A stretch of DNA of 64,000 nt from Leptolyngbyaceae cyanobacterium (lineage in GTDB: Bacteria > Cyanobacteriota > Cyanobacteriia > Phormidesmidales > Phormidesmidaceae), in assembly GCA_965263355.1 (NCBI GenBank), contig CBDHHL010000056.1, positions 2,336,001 through 2,400,000 on the forward strand, in the 5' to 3' direction. A program made the position numbers and the translations under genes. Numbering within the stretch: the first letter of the stretch is position 1; each line of letters opens with the position of its first letter. Below the pieces are notes generated by a model. It saw nothing but the letters and a program-made list of their open reading frames with translations. It was not told where the DNA came from and did no database searches. This document shows positions 1 to 10,952 of the stretch, in pieces.

Positions 1-1403
1 CGAGCTGCCCGCGCTTGCTGCAAGCCAATTTCCCGTTGAGCTAACTGCTGCTCTAGCTCCACACGACTTTGAAAAGCTAGTAAGACGCTATCTTCGAGGG
101 TTAAGCTCCAACGCTCGTAAGTAGCCTCCCAATTCTCTGGAGCCGGAACAGGGGTAGCATTAATATCGACAGTAGAGGGCAAATTCAAGAGTCGTGCAAG
201 ATTGCGTCGAGCAATGCGCTGCTGAGCTTGGGACTGAATCAAATCCTGCTGGGCATTAGCCAGCTGTACATCAGCACGCAACACATCAAATGTAGTGCCC
301 ACACCAGCTTCCTGACGCAACGCATTGTCACGTCTATTACGGGTTGCTTCATCTACAAACGCCTGATTAATGCGAATCTGCTCGCCACTTTCTTGCAAAT
401 CGTAGTAAAGCGTAGTCGTATTTAGTCTCAGTTCTTCACGGCGGCGATCAACCTCAAGCTCACTCAGACGTACTTGCTCTTTAGCCGCTCGCAATGTAGA
501 AATACGCTGTCCTGATGTAAACACATCGTAGGTTACCTGTAAAGCAGCATTCACCGTGGTGTCAGTACCATCATTCCCAACCTGTCCAAACAGTGTTTGT
601 GTACTTTCGGTTTCCTGCGTGGTCACATTAGCAGACCCCGATACTACAGGAGAAAATGCGGCACGGGATTCAGCTAGAGTGGCTTCTGCCTGCTCTAACT
701 CCAATAAAGCGGCTTGCAAATCTTGGTTATTAAAGTAAGCCAGTTCAATCGCTTCTTCAAGCGAGATAATCTGCTTATCCCCTTCTGGTAACGTTACTTC
801 AGCTTCTAGCGTCGGCACATTTAATGGGTTTGGATCAGCCAGTAACTCCGTAGGCGGGAAGTCACTTGTATCTAGCAAATCATCGCTAGCAGTAGACTCT
901 GCTTGTCCTGTGTCCGGTACAATTTCCCCCGTATCACTAACAACGGGTGCACCAGGGCTTGCATCCTCAGATGATGCATCGTCTATATCAACATCAACAC
1001 TATCAACCTGCCCATTTGACTCGTTGGTAGGGGGCTCAACACTTTCACTGTCACCATCACTATCCCCCCCTGGCTCAGCATCTGGCGGCAAGGTAGGTAA
1101 CTGAGACACCTGGGTTAGCTGGGATACCCCGTAGTCCATGACTGATTGAGCTACAAAGGTCTTTGAAGGAACACTTACAATCGCAGCTGGAGCAAAAACA
1201 TCCTCTGAATTCGGTAATGAGTTTAGCAGGACAGGATTAAATAAGGACTTATGCGATTCATCAGGCATCGAGCCTACCTGGGTTACGCTTGGTGTTGTTG
1301 GGCCATCGGTTAATATCTTGGCAAGCACTGGCAGAGGAAGCAATGAAAGCGTTCCTCCAAACACAGCTATCCGGATTAAAAAGGAATGGTTGATGTATCC
1401 CAT
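1..1403 (-). CDS. tolC: TolC-family outer membrane efflux protein (3' end runs off the window; missing from the ORF track)
   Basis: Manual translation from the ATG at 1403 gives a signal peptide (MGYINHSFLIRIAVFGGTLSLLPLPVLA), a long acidic linker, then PNPLNVPT...ISLEEAIELAYFNNQDLQAALLELEQAEATL and ELEQQLAQREIGLQQARAA, typical of cyanobacterial TolC/HgdD. Confidence 0.85.
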   Translation of the reverse strand, partial: MGYINHSFLIRIAVFGGTLSLLPLPVLAKILTDGPTTPSVTQVGSMPDESHKSLFNPVLLNSLPNSEDVFAPAAIVSVPSKTFVAQSVMDYGVSQLTQVSQLPTLPPDAEPGGDSDGDSESVEPPTNESNGQVDSVDVDIDDASSEDASPGAPVVSDTGEIVPDTGQAESTASDDLLDTSDFPPTELLADPNPLNVPTLEAEVTLPEGDKQIISLEEAIELAYFNNQDLQAALLELEQAEATLAESRAAFSPVVSGSANVTTQETESTQTLFGQVGNDGTDTTVNAALQVTYDVFTSGQRISTLRAAKEQVRLSELEVDRRREELRLNTTTLYYDLQESGEQIRINQAFVDEATRNRRDNALRQEAGVGTTFDVLRADVQLANAQQDLIQSQAQQRIARRNLARLLNLPSTVDINATPVPAPENWEATYERWSLTLEDSVLLAFQSRVELEQQLAQREIGLQQARAA

Positions 1404-1605
1404 AGTGTTTGCGTCAAATATATAGCTAATAAATCTAGTAAGTTCTTACACAAGCAGAGCTTTAGGGGTGCTCAAAAAGGTATACACCCCTTCAAGCCAA
1501 GAGACAGCCAACCTAGAGTCATGAATTCCAATACAGGATACGAGATCACAGCTAAACACTGAAAGCTTCCAAAATTAGAATTCCATTCTTAAAAAAATAA
1601 ACAGC

Positions 1606-2955
1606 TTATAATGTCACGCAGGCCCTTAATAACCCGGTGATATCATCCACAGGCCACACTGGGCATTGCAGCTGATGTTTCAGCTCCGATAAGGACATGT
1701 CGTCAAGGAAATAACTCTCCTCTGGTGTGGCCTGATGCCCTCGCTTTAACATCAAGGACGGAAGCAATATTCCATCCCCCAGGCTGTTTTTTTTCAGTTT
1801 TCCTAAGATATCGTAACCTGTCAGCAGCCCAGTAACTGTAATCTGCTGTCCCCAATATTTGCTATTGAGTGCAGCCATGGTAACAGTGAGGCCTTGAACC
1901 TGATTTAGCCGCTCTACGATCGGTTTAAATGCTTGTTCTACAGCATTACCAACCACCCATGTTAACTGTCTAGGCGGCTCAACTCGATCAGGCAATGTCT
2001 GGGCGGCTTGCTCAAACTGTTTCAGAAACAAACGAATCGACCCTACACCATTGCCAATTTGAGGGTAGGTTTCGTAATGTGATTCCGGCGGTAAGTTCCG
2101 CCGTGCAATTAAAAACCATTCATCTGCCAGCCATGCAAATGTAGAGCCAAATCTTGCTTGAAATTCAGCTTGTAGCCGTTCTACTTGCTCAATCACTTCA
2201 TTAGCTTTAGCAGTATTCACCGGTATTAGCTCATCTTCAATGGGCCGAAACCGTGTCAGTCCAACCGGCACTACCGCTGCTGAAGCAACAGCAGGAACTT
2301 CGCCAGTATAAAACTCGGCCAAATCCCTCAACGTTCTCTCCAGATGAAGACCATCATTAATGCCAGGGCAAACCACTACCTGAGCATGAATCTGTAGTCG
2401 ATTTTCCTGAAACCATTTGAGCTGCTCTAACAGCAACCCAGCCCGAGGGTTTTTGAGTAACCGTTGCCTAACATCTGGCTCAGTTGCATGAACGGATACA
2501 TACAACGGCGATAATCGCAACCTAGCAATCCGATCCCATTCTGCTGGGGATAAGTTGGTCAGAGTAAGATAACTGCCATAGAGAAAGCTAAGACGGTAGT
2601 CATCATCCTTTAGATAAAGCGTGTCACGTTTACCAGGGGGTTGCTGATCAATAAAACAAAACGGACAGCGATTGTTGCATTGGATCAACCCGTCAAACAG
2701 AGCACTCTCAAATTCCAATCCCAGATCTTCGTCAAAATCTTTCTCAATTTCAACCGTATGGAGCTGTCCAGCAGCATCTGATACTTCCAGGGTCAACCAC
2801 TCATCTGAGCATAAAAATCGATAGTCAATTAGGTCACGGGGACGCTCACCATTGATCGACACTAAGCGATCGCCAGGCTCAAAGCCAATGTCCTCTGCAA
2901 TGGAATCCTTCAGAACACGGGTAATGACAGCCGGCTGGATAGATGCACTACGCAT
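1606..2955 (-). CDS. TIGR03279-family radical SAM protein (N-terminal PDZ-like domain + DUF512)
   Basis: PDZ-like GFEPGDRLVSING, CNNRCPFC (CxxxCxxC), KDDDYRLSFLYGSYLTLTN, QIGNGVG. Confidence 0.9.
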   Translation of the reverse strand: MRSASIQPAVITRVLKDSIAEDIGFEPGDRLVSINGERPRDLIDYRFLCSDEWLTLEVSDAAGQLHTVEIEKDFDEDLGLEFESALFDGLIQCNNRCPFCFIDQQPPGKRDTLYLKDDDYRLSFLYGSYLTLTNLSPAEWDRIARLRLSPLYVSVHATEPDVRQRLLKNPRAGLLLEQLKWFQENRLQIHAQVVVCPGINDGLHLERTLRDLAEFYTGEVPAVASAAVVPVGLTRFRPIEDELIPVNTAKANEVIEQVERLQAEFQARFGSTFAWLADEWFLIARRNLPPESHYETYPQIGNGVGSIRLFLKQFEQAAQTLPDRVEPPRQLTWVVGNAVEQAFKPIVERLNQVQGLTVTMAALNSKYWGQQITVTGLLTGYDILGKLKKNSLGDGILLPSLMLKRGHQATPEESYFLDDMSLSELKHQLQCPVWPVDDITGLLRACVTL

Positions 2956-3031
2956 ACACTATCAGGCTAGACAATTACTTAATCATACTCATGGAGTCAG
3001 CTGCTTGTGGGCATGGTTTTGAGGGAATGCC

Positions 3032-3937
3032 CTATAGGTTTTGAATAGCATTTGTCGCTAAGCCAATCAGAATAGCTACACCAAACGCGAGACGGTACCA
3101 GACAAATACCCAGGTGCTATGACGTCTCAAAAATTTGATTAGCCATGCGATCGCAAGATAGGACGAAATCACTGCCGCAATCAGTCCACCTATCAGAGGC
3201 ACCAAACTCGCATCTCCCACCTGCGACATTTCATCCAGCAGGCTTTTAAGTTCTACCAAACCAGACAGCAAAATTGCTGGAGTCCCTAGCAAGAAAGAAA
3301 ATCTAGCTGCCGTATCTCGCTCTAACCCCAAAAACAGTCCAGCAGTCAGGGTTGAACCTGAACGAGACACCCCTGGAACCAGAGCCAGGGCCTGCCCTAT
3401 ACCAACCCCAATGCCATCCCATAAATCTAGTTTTTCAAAATTGCGTTGGCGCTTCCCCACTTTCTCAGCCACACCCAAAAGTAAAGCCATGACAATGGAT
3501 GTAATGGCAATCGCCTGGGTACTACGAATCACGGAGTTCTCATATTCCGTTGCAAAAAATAGCTTAATTAGGAGTCCACAAGACACAATTGGAATTGAGC
3601 CCAGGATAATCCCTAACCCCAAACGGAAATCAGAAGACTGATAACGCTTTGCCAACGCCGCCGTGATGGTACCAGAAGTCACCTTAACCAGATCGTCCCA
3701 GAAGTACCACAAAATTGCCGCTAAACTGCCAAGCTGAATAACTGCCGTAAACGCCACCCCAGGATCTCCCCAGCCCAGCGCAACAGGCACAATTTTGACA
3801 TGGGCCGTACTACTAATCGGCAAAAATTCCGTCAGCCCCTGCACAATACCAATCACAATGGCTTGAAATAAATTAATTTGCGCTGCTTGGCTGGTCGGCG
3901 CTTGGGCCAAAAGATCCAATGATTGGCAAACAGACAT
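3032..3937 (-). CDS. uppP: Undecaprenyl-diphosphate phosphatase (BacA)
   Basis: QGLTEFLPISSTAH and PGVSRSGST motifs; ATG at 3937 preferred over the TTG at 3967. Confidence 0.95.
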   Translation of the reverse strand: MSVCQSLDLLAQAPTSQAAQINLFQAIVIGIVQGLTEFLPISSTAHVKIVPVALGWGDPGVAFTAVIQLGSLAAILWYFWDDLVKVTSGTITAALAKRYQSSDFRLGLGIILGSIPIVSCGLLIKLFFATEYENSVIRSTQAIAITSIVMALLLGVAEKVGKRQRNFEKLDLWDGIGVGIGQALALVPGVSRSGSTLTAGLFLGLERDTAARFSFLLGTPAILLSGLVELKSLLDEMSQVGDASLVPLIGGLIAAVISSYLAIAWLIKFLRRHSTWVFVWYRLAFGVAILIGLATNAIQNL

Positions 3938-4411
3938 GAAAAATGCTCCAAAGCTCGAACTGATCAACTGGGTCTAGCGCAGACCGCTCCTAAAGGACAC
4001 GAACCATTCATAACCCTATCCGGACTACCCTGACTAGCCTTCACCGATAAAAGAACCCCAAAGGTTCAACTAAGACGCCTTTTAATCCGCTGCCAAAACT
4101 GCTCAGCAACTGATAGGTCGTCAAACAATTACATCAGTCACTGACACAATTAGTCTTAAAACAATCCTCAAAAAAAGCTGAAGTTTAACTGAAAAATAAC
4201 CAATATCCGCTAACGTACTATCTGATAGATAGATAAGCTCAAGAAGTCCATATCGACATCTTTTATAATTGAGCATCCTTAAAGTATTTACATATTGCAA
4301 TATCATCTAAGTCGCCATTTATGAAGCTACGGTTCCTGAGCGGCTTAATTAACATGTTATGTTAAGAATAATTAACCTCACTCAGAATTCCATTGAATTC
4401 ATTAGGCAGCA

Positions 4412-5104
4412 TTGTTATCCGAAACTTCGCCTCAATCCCAACTCACTGAACGGTTAAATTTTCAGTCTGCCGGACAGCGATCGCATGCTTTTTTAGCCGC
4501 TGCATTCTTGGTCAGTTTACCTGTGTTTATTCAGGCTCCCCTGGTGCGTCTTCACCCCTGGATCAGTGTAGTTATCACGTTTATTTGGCTCATCATTGGT
4601 GTGCATATGCTGCGTCAGCCAAAGCTCGAGCTATGGGGAGATTTAGCCATCGGTTTTACATGGACCTGGCTTGCTGGCAGTCTTTACTGGGGATGGCTTA
4701 GGGACAATCCCTATGTCCATTTACCAGTGGAGGCCATTGGCTTACCCATTGTCATTATCTTTATTAGTCACAACCGCTATAGAGTAGGTAGTTATTTTTA
4801 CTTAGGCTCCTTACTGGGGACTGCTATTACCGATCTCTACTTTTACTGGGTTGATTTAATCCCCTATTGGCGTCAGGCGATGCAAGTAGAGCCAACGGCT
4901 GTTGGCAGCGTCCTGCAATCTGCTCTCTTGCAAATTGAAAACCCAACAGCAGTGTTACGGGCGATAATATTGCTCGTATTTCTCGTTATTGTCGGCACGC
5001 TAGCCCTCAAATCCAATCAGGTTCACTGGTGGGCCTTTGCTGGAGCAGTCTTGAGCACAATTCTGGTAGACGCCTTATTTTTATTAGCAGCTAACCTGGC
5101 ATAA
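4412..5104 (+). CDS. Cyanobacterial membrane protein (DUF3120-like)
   Basis: FLVSLPVFIQAPLVR, GSLYWGW, HLPVEAIGLP, GTAITD motifs; multiple TM helices. Confidence 0.8.
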   Translation: MLSETSPQSQLTERLNFQSAGQRSHAFLAAAFLVSLPVFIQAPLVRLHPWISVVITFIWLIIGVHMLRQPKLELWGDLAIGFTWTWLAGSLYWGWLRDNPYVHLPVEAIGLPIVIIFISHNRYRVGSYFYLGSLLGTAITDLYFYWVDLIPYWRQAMQVEPTAVGSVLQSALLQIENPTAVLRAIILLVFLVIVGTLALKSNQVHWWAFAGAVLSTILVDALFLLAANLA

Positions 5105-5368
5105 AGCGTCAATAGCGCAGCACTTAGCTTGATCAAACAAGTCAATCTCTTGACAAATTGGGCAGATTACTTCACGGTAGGCATCTAGCGTACAGCTGAG
5201 CAAAATTAGTTGAAGATATGGATAACGTACGGAGCTTTGACCGCACGGACTGCAGATCAGCAGTATCGTGTATGTAGTGCACAATAAATAAGCACAAAGG
5301 CTATAGTGCAGATAAGAACTGTAGCGTTAAGGTATAGGACATAGGCTGACTCGAATCATCGAGGTATA

Positions 5369-6415
5369 GTGTCATTCCCTGAAAAGAAACCGCAAGTTGG
5401 ACCTTATTTGGTCCTTAAAACAGACTCAGGTCAACGTCACCTATCGTTGATTGGTAATAGTTGCTGGACTATTGGCCGAAGTGACGATAACAATTTTGTC
5501 TTGCCTGATCGCTGGATTTCCCGCAACCATGCAATGCTGCAATTTATGGAAAGCGGGGAGTTTTATTTGATTGATTTAGGTAGTCGAAATGGCTCGTTTG
5601 TAAATGGCCGTCGCGTTAGCGTACCTGTCACACTTCGTAATGGAGACGCCTTAACCTTTGGACAAACTGAGCTGCAGTTTTACTGTCCTGCACCAGAACC
5701 AGTTACCAATAACAACACTTCGATCAGTTCCCACGATTCTACGGCAACGGCTACTTTACATGTGCGTCGTTTGATCTCAGTCATGGTGGTCGATATCCGA
5801 GATTTCACAGTGATGACTCGGCAGATCGATGAAAAGACTCTGTCTGAGGTAATTGGTACTTGGTTTCGCCATGCAGGTAATATCATCGGCGAATATGGCA
5901 GTTGGGTGGATAAATACATCGGTGATGCTGTGATGGCCGTTTGGATTCATGGCACCCAAGAGGTAGAAGCTGAGGAAATGCTGAATATTAGTCGTGCTAT
6001 CAGTGCATTGAATGATATGACACGGAAACTTCATCAGCAATTTCCATTGTTACCCTTTCCATTACGAGTGGGGGCTGGTGTCAACACTGGCTATGCCGTT
6101 GTCGGTAACACTGGTACTGGTGATCGGCCTGATTACACTGCCCTTGGAGATACTGTTAATGCAGCTTTTCGTTTCGAAAGCTCAACCAAACAGCTGGGGT
6201 TAGATGTAGCTTTGGGTGCAGAAACCTACAAGTATTTGAGTAAGCTGGGGGCCAATGAGCAAACATTCAAGCGCTATTCAGCTTTACTCAAGGGGTATGA
6301 TAAACCCTTAACTACCTATGCTTGCACGTTTTCAGACTTAGATAGATTTCTGATCAGCTACGATCGCAACAACGCCTCAGTGCCTGTGAAATCCTCATCT
6401 GTCCAGTCATCCTAA
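5369..6415 (+). CDS. FHA-domain class III adenylate cyclase (Cya1/Slr1991-like)
   Basis: FHA motifs IGRS, ISRNHA, SRNGS; cyclase motifs VVDIRDFT, DKYIGDAVMA, DYTALGDTVNAAFR. Confidence 0.9.
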   Translation: MSFPEKKPQVGPYLVLKTDSGQRHLSLIGNSCWTIGRSDDNNFVLPDRWISRNHAMLQFMESGEFYLIDLGSRNGSFVNGRRVSVPVTLRNGDALTFGQTELQFYCPAPEPVTNNNTSISSHDSTATATLHVRRLISVMVVDIRDFTVMTRQIDEKTLSEVIGTWFRHAGNIIGEYGSWVDKYIGDAVMAVWIHGTQEVEAEEMLNISRAISALNDMTRKLHQQFPLLPFPLRVGAGVNTGYAVVGNTGTGDRPDYTALGDTVNAAFRFESSTKQLGLDVALGAETYKYLSKLGANEQTFKRYSALLKGYDKPLTTYACTFSDLDRFLISYDRNNASVPVKSSSVQSS

Positions 6416-6546
6416 GTGAATACTATGGGGACATTTGCGTAACGGTCCGCAACGGATTATCAGCATTACTCAACATTCGAACAGCGAAAGTGATACGCTT
6501 CTCATTAATGCTGTGTATTAGATTTGAATAAATCCGGCGGAGAGAG

Positions 6547-6963
6547 ATGAAACGATTCTTTGGCCTATTAATGGCGCTTGGACTGGTATTTGGTACTTTG
6601 GTGAGCAATGCTCAACCTGCGGTAGCAAGCATGTTGAATAACGGTACAGCACTCTTAGCTGAAACTACACTGCCCCGCAACGCAGTGGATGACAAGTTAG
6701 CTACAGAATATGGCTATAAGCTTGATGTGAATAACACTAACGTTGCGGCATTCAGAAAGTATCGGGGTCTATTTCCAACAATCGCAGGCAAAATCATTCG
6801 GAACGCCCCCTATGAGAATCTAGATGACATTCTAGAGATACCGGGGCTGAGCGATGTTGAAAAATCACGTATCCAAGAAAATATGGATGTTTTCACCATC
6901 TCTCCTCCTAACCCTGCATTAGTTGAGGGTGATGACCGTTATAATAACGGTGCTTATAAGTAA
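6547..6963 (+). CDS. psbU: Photosystem II 12 kDa extrinsic protein PsbU
   Basis: Signal peptide, RNAVDDKL, KLDVNNTN, NAPYE, EGDDRYNNG; psbU-nadB order is common in cyanobacteria. Confidence 0.97.
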   Translation: MKRFFGLLMALGLVFGTLVSNAQPAVASMLNNGTALLAETTLPRNAVDDKLATEYGYKLDVNNTNVAAFRKYRGLFPTIAGKIIRNAPYENLDDILEIPGLSDVEKSRIQENMDVFTISPPNPALVEGDDRYNNGAYK

Positions 6964-7141
6964 GCCCTCATAGCCTGTGCCGATTGCCAAGCATGGAATT
7001 CAGGCTCAAACCTAATTTCAATACTGGGCTCAAGGACTTGAAGGTCAGATAGAGCCCAAACGTTGCGATTCTTTTGTATTGTCTTTATCGCTCATTGCTC
7101 TTGATAGAGTGGTTTAATCCCTCTGTCAGGAGCAAATTTTA

Positions 7142-8815
7142 TTGGCACGTGCGTCTTATTCCCCTGCGTCCTTACCATCACAGTTTGACGTTTTGGTCGT
7201 CGGTGGTGGAGCCGCTGGCTTGTATTCAGCCCTGTGTTTACCGGCAACGTTACAAGTCGGTTTGATCACCAAAGATACACTGTCTGTATCTGCCAGTGAC
7301 TGGGCCCAGGGAGGTATTGCAGCTGCGATCGCACCTGACGATACCCCAGAACTCCACATTGCCGATACCCTCAAAGCTGGTGCCGGTCTATGCGAACGCG
7401 AAGCGGTAGACGTTTTAGTTAGACAGGCTGGACATTGTATCCAGAACCTGACACAGATGGGAGTCGCGTTTGACCGCACAGGCAATCAGCTAGCTATGAC
7501 TCTTGAGGCAGCTCATTCACGACGGCGAGTTCTCCATGCTGCTGACACCACCGGGCGCGCTGTAATTACTACATTGGCAGCCCAGGTAATCAAACGCTCA
7601 AACATCCATGTTTTTAATCAGGCCTTAGCCCTGGACCTATGGATTCATCAAGAAGCCTGCTGTGGTGTACAGCTGGTATATAACCAGCAGTTAACTTGGG
7701 TACAGGCTAAAGCCGTGGTGCTAGCAACCGGTGGCGGTGGTCAAATCTACTCACAAACCACCAACCCAGCTGCCAGCACAGGTGATGGTGTCGCCATGGC
7801 TTGGCGCGCTGGAGCCATTCTACGGGATTTGGAATTTATGCAATTTCATCCCACAGCGTTGACCCAGGAAGGCGCACCTCGATTTCTTATTAGTGAGGCT
7901 GTGAGAGGAGAAGGGGCGCATCTAGTCGATCTCCATGGTCGTAGGTTTGCCTTTGATTACCATCCCGATGGCGAGTTAGCTCCCAGAGATGTAGTCAGTC
8001 GCGCTATTTTTAAGCATCTTCAAAAAAATCCAGATGAATCTGTTGTGTATCTAGACCTGAGGGTTATTGATCCAGAGCGAGTGCAGCATCGGTTCCCAAA
8101 TATCATCCGTAAATGTCGCAAGTGGGCAGGGATTAACGTGTTGGAGACCCCGATTCCTGTTTCCCCTGCCGCCCACTATTGGATGGGCGGCATAGTCACT
8201 GACCTAAATAGTAAAACTACGATTTCTCGACTCTATGCTGTTGGGGAAAATGCTAGCACGGGTGTCCATGGAGCTAATCGACTAGCGAGTAATTCATTGC
8301 TTGAATGTCTTGTATTTGGGGCACAGCTAAACAATCTCACGCCTGAACCGTTAGATAACCTTACCAAACCCAGCATTGCCCACAATAACCTAGGCCCCCC
8401 TGCCGAACTTAATGAATCTAACCAATGGCTTAAGCAACATCGCACAGCTATTGGGCAACTGTTATGGCAAAGTGCAGGTATTTCTCGCGAAGCCAGCCAA
8501 ATGAATACTGGTTTAGAGAAATTAGCTCAATGGCAAACAGATTTTGACATAATGCCCATAACTCAGGTCATGAAGGAATTAAAAGAGCCAGCAAATCATC
8601 AGCTACCGGCTCAACTCACGCTGGAAACATTACGTTTGTGGACAGAGACCCGAAATTTACTCACAGTAGCGACATTAGTACTTAAAAGCGCTCTATTTCG
8701 CACAGAAAGTCGTGGCGGCCATTACCGTAGTGACTATCCTAAAACCAATGACGATTGGCAAGTGCATACTCTTATTCATGCAGAGACATGCTTAAGGTCA
8801 CAATCAGTGGTGTAG
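7142..8815 (+). CDS. nadB: L-aspartate oxidase
   Basis: GGGAAG FAD motif, WAQGGIAA, LEAAHSRRRVLHAADTTG, QFHPT, HGANRLASNSLLE. Confidence 0.95.
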   Translation: MARASYSPASLPSQFDVLVVGGGAAGLYSALCLPATLQVGLITKDTLSVSASDWAQGGIAAAIAPDDTPELHIADTLKAGAGLCEREAVDVLVRQAGHCIQNLTQMGVAFDRTGNQLAMTLEAAHSRRRVLHAADTTGRAVITTLAAQVIKRSNIHVFNQALALDLWIHQEACCGVQLVYNQQLTWVQAKAVVLATGGGGQIYSQTTNPAASTGDGVAMAWRAGAILRDLEFMQFHPTALTQEGAPRFLISEAVRGEGAHLVDLHGRRFAFDYHPDGELAPRDVVSRAIFKHLQKNPDESVVYLDLRVIDPERVQHRFPNIIRKCRKWAGINVLETPIPVSPAAHYWMGGIVTDLNSKTTISRLYAVGENASTGVHGANRLASNSLLECLVFGAQLNNLTPEPLDNLTKPSIAHNNLGPPAELNESNQWLKQHRTAIGQLLWQSAGISREASQMNTGLEKLAQWQTDFDIMPITQVMKELKEPANHQLPAQLTLETLRLWTETRNLLTVATLVLKSALFRTESRGGHYRSDYPKTNDDWQVHTLIHAETCLRSQSVV

Positions 8816-8844
8816 TCTTTACCACAGTTTACAGTCACAGTTCT

Positions 8845-10896
8845 CTAGGGTTGTTGACTATGCTTTATTTGCTCGATCATTTGCGTGTGAGTATTTGCCG
8901 TCTCTTTACAAGTAACTCCCTGACAAACCATTCCTATAGCTCCCTCTGGCAAATGAGCCTCAAGAGATAAGACAGCTGTCGGTAGATACTCACGTAACAA
9001 CTGTTTGCCATGCTCGGCAGTCGTACAAATTAGAGTTTGGCATCGATACCAATCCAGGGCCTGAAACAGTGTTGGGCAGGCGCGAGTCGCTTGATCCATC
9101 ACCACACTAAAAGATCGTAAGCTCTTTTCAGCACAGTCTAAATACGTCAAATCTTTAGTGAGCAAAAAGAGCCTTATGAGATTAGTCACTGCTAACCCAT
9201 TAGCGGCTGGCGTAGCATTGTCTTGATAGCTACGCTCTCGTACTAAAAGACTATCGCTGGCATCACTCGCTGTGTTGTAATAGCCGCTGGCAGCATCACT
9301 CCATAGCCATCGATCAAACTCGGACTGAGTCGCTTTAGCATGAGCTAACCAATCTTCGGTTCCCCTGTCCAAAAAGGCAAGGCTAGCCTGCTGAACATCA
9401 AGTAAAGCCTTGATAAATAATGCATAGTCTTCTGACTGGGCTAAGACAGCTGGAGTGCCATCGTAGTTAAGCCGATGCAAGCGTCCGTTTACCCATTGGT
9501 TATCCAAAATAAACTTGGCTGCAGCAACCGCTAAGTCTAGGTACTCCACTTGATCAAATACGGCAGCAGCACGAGCCAGCCCTGAAATCATTAGGCTATT
9601 CCAGGCAACAATCATCTTAGTATCAGTCACTGGGGGAATACGCCCTGGCCAGGTGGTGTTTTTAGCCGCTACCGCATCAACAGCTGGGGCAAAGGTGTCT
9701 ACGTCAGCTTGACCATACCGAATGACAAACAGTTTTTGCAGAGCAGTCTCTGTTTCGGCGCTGAGCGATTCAGACTGCCGTCGCTTGAGCACAATATTGC
9801 CTTCAAAATTACCATCAGCTGCAATGAAAAAGTCAGCGCTTAGAGCAGAAAATTCTGAATCGGTTAAATAGGCTCGCAAATCGGCCTCACGCCACACATA
9901 AAATGCCCCCTCTTCGGGTTCCGCATCATTGGTTGTAATAAAACTGTCAGCATCCTGAGCTGCATAGAAGTAGCCAGCCCACATCTCTCGTTTTAACCAT
10001 TGCACCGTCCCGGCAATGGCTCTCTCAAAGGCTGGTTCGTGATGTCCTTGACTCCACAGCTCGGCAAGATACTCCATAATCAGCCCGTTATCATAGAGCA
10101 TTTTTTCAAAGTGGGGCACCGTCCAGTTGGGATCCACGGTGTAGCGATGAAAGCCCCCTGCAACATGGTCATAGATGCCTCCTAGGGCTAGATCCAGACC
10201 CCGATGCAAACAAATTTGCTCAGGGTTTAATGAATCTGTAGGCTCAACTAATCGCACAGATCGTAAAGCACTCAGCCCATAAGGAATCATGGGAAAACTT
10301 GTGCCTTGCCCAGACGGGAGAACTATTTTGGCACTGGCTGTCAGCCCTCGCGTCAGTAATTCGGTGCTCAGATTCTCGTCTGCAGGCAATAAGGCAGACT
10401 GTTGCAGGGTTTCTAAAATTTGGGATTTGACAGCACCTACCTTTGATTTGTCTGTATCGTAAAGGTTGCGGAGGATCTCAAGCAGTTGCAAAAAACCAGG
10501 ACGACCATAACGGGGCTCAACAGGGAAGTAGGTGCCCCCATAGAAAGGAACTAAATCGTCGGGTGATAAAAAAATATTGAGGGGCCAACCACCCTGCCCG
10601 ACCAGCATTTGCAGTGCTTGCATGTAAATGCTATCGAGGTCAGGACGTTCCTCGCGGTCTACTTTGATGGGTAAGAAATTGGCGTTTAGATAGGTTGCGA
10701 TCGCAACATCTGAAAATGCTTCCCCCTCCATCACCGTACACCAGTGACAGCTGGAGTATCCGACCGACAAAAATATGGGTTTATCATCCCGGCGTGCCAC
10801 CTCTAGCGCTTCATTACACCAAGGCCACCAGTCGATCGGATTGTGGGCATGCTTCCGCAAGTAAAGACTCTGGCTTTGGGCGAGCCGATTGACCAT
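8845..10896 (-). CDS. Thioredoxin-domain protein, YyaL/DUF255 (SPATA20-like)
   Basis: NRLAQSQSLYLRKHAHNP, GYSSCHWC, KVDREERPDLD, VPHFEKMLYDN. Confidence 0.9.
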   Translation of the reverse strand: MVNRLAQSQSLYLRKHAHNPIDWWPWCNEALEVARRDDKPIFLSVGYSSCHWCTVMEGEAFSDVAIATYLNANFLPIKVDREERPDLDSIYMQALQMLVGQGGWPLNIFLSPDDLVPFYGGTYFPVEPRYGRPGFLQLLEILRNLYDTDKSKVGAVKSQILETLQQSALLPADENLSTELLTRGLTASAKIVLPSGQGTSFPMIPYGLSALRSVRLVEPTDSLNPEQICLHRGLDLALGGIYDHVAGGFHRYTVDPNWTVPHFEKMLYDNGLIMEYLAELWSQGHHEPAFERAIAGTVQWLKREMWAGYFYAAQDADSFITTNDAEPEEGAFYVWREADLRAYLTDSEFSALSADFFIAADGNFEGNIVLKRRQSESLSAETETALQKLFVIRYGQADVDTFAPAVDAVAAKNTTWPGRIPPVTDTKMIVAWNSLMISGLARAAAVFDQVEYLDLAVAAAKFILDNQWVNGRLHRLNYDGTPAVLAQSEDYALFIKALLDVQQASLAFLDRGTEDWLAHAKATQSEFDRWLWSDAASGYYNTASDASDSLLVRERSYQDNATPAANGLAVTNLIRLFLLTKDLTYLDCAEKSLRSFSVVMDQATRACPTLFQALDWYRCQTLICTTAEHGKQLLREYLPTAVLSLEAHLPEGAIGMVCQGVTCKETANTHTQMIEQIKHSQQP

Positions 10897-10952
10897 GGAT
10901 CAACAAGAAACGAATACCCCTATGAGTGTATCAAGGTTAAACCAAACCGCGT

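Noticed and set aside
228..1104. Three short + strand ORFs (228-425, 556-738, 910-1104)
   Set aside because: They are antisense shadows of the minus-strand tolC frame.
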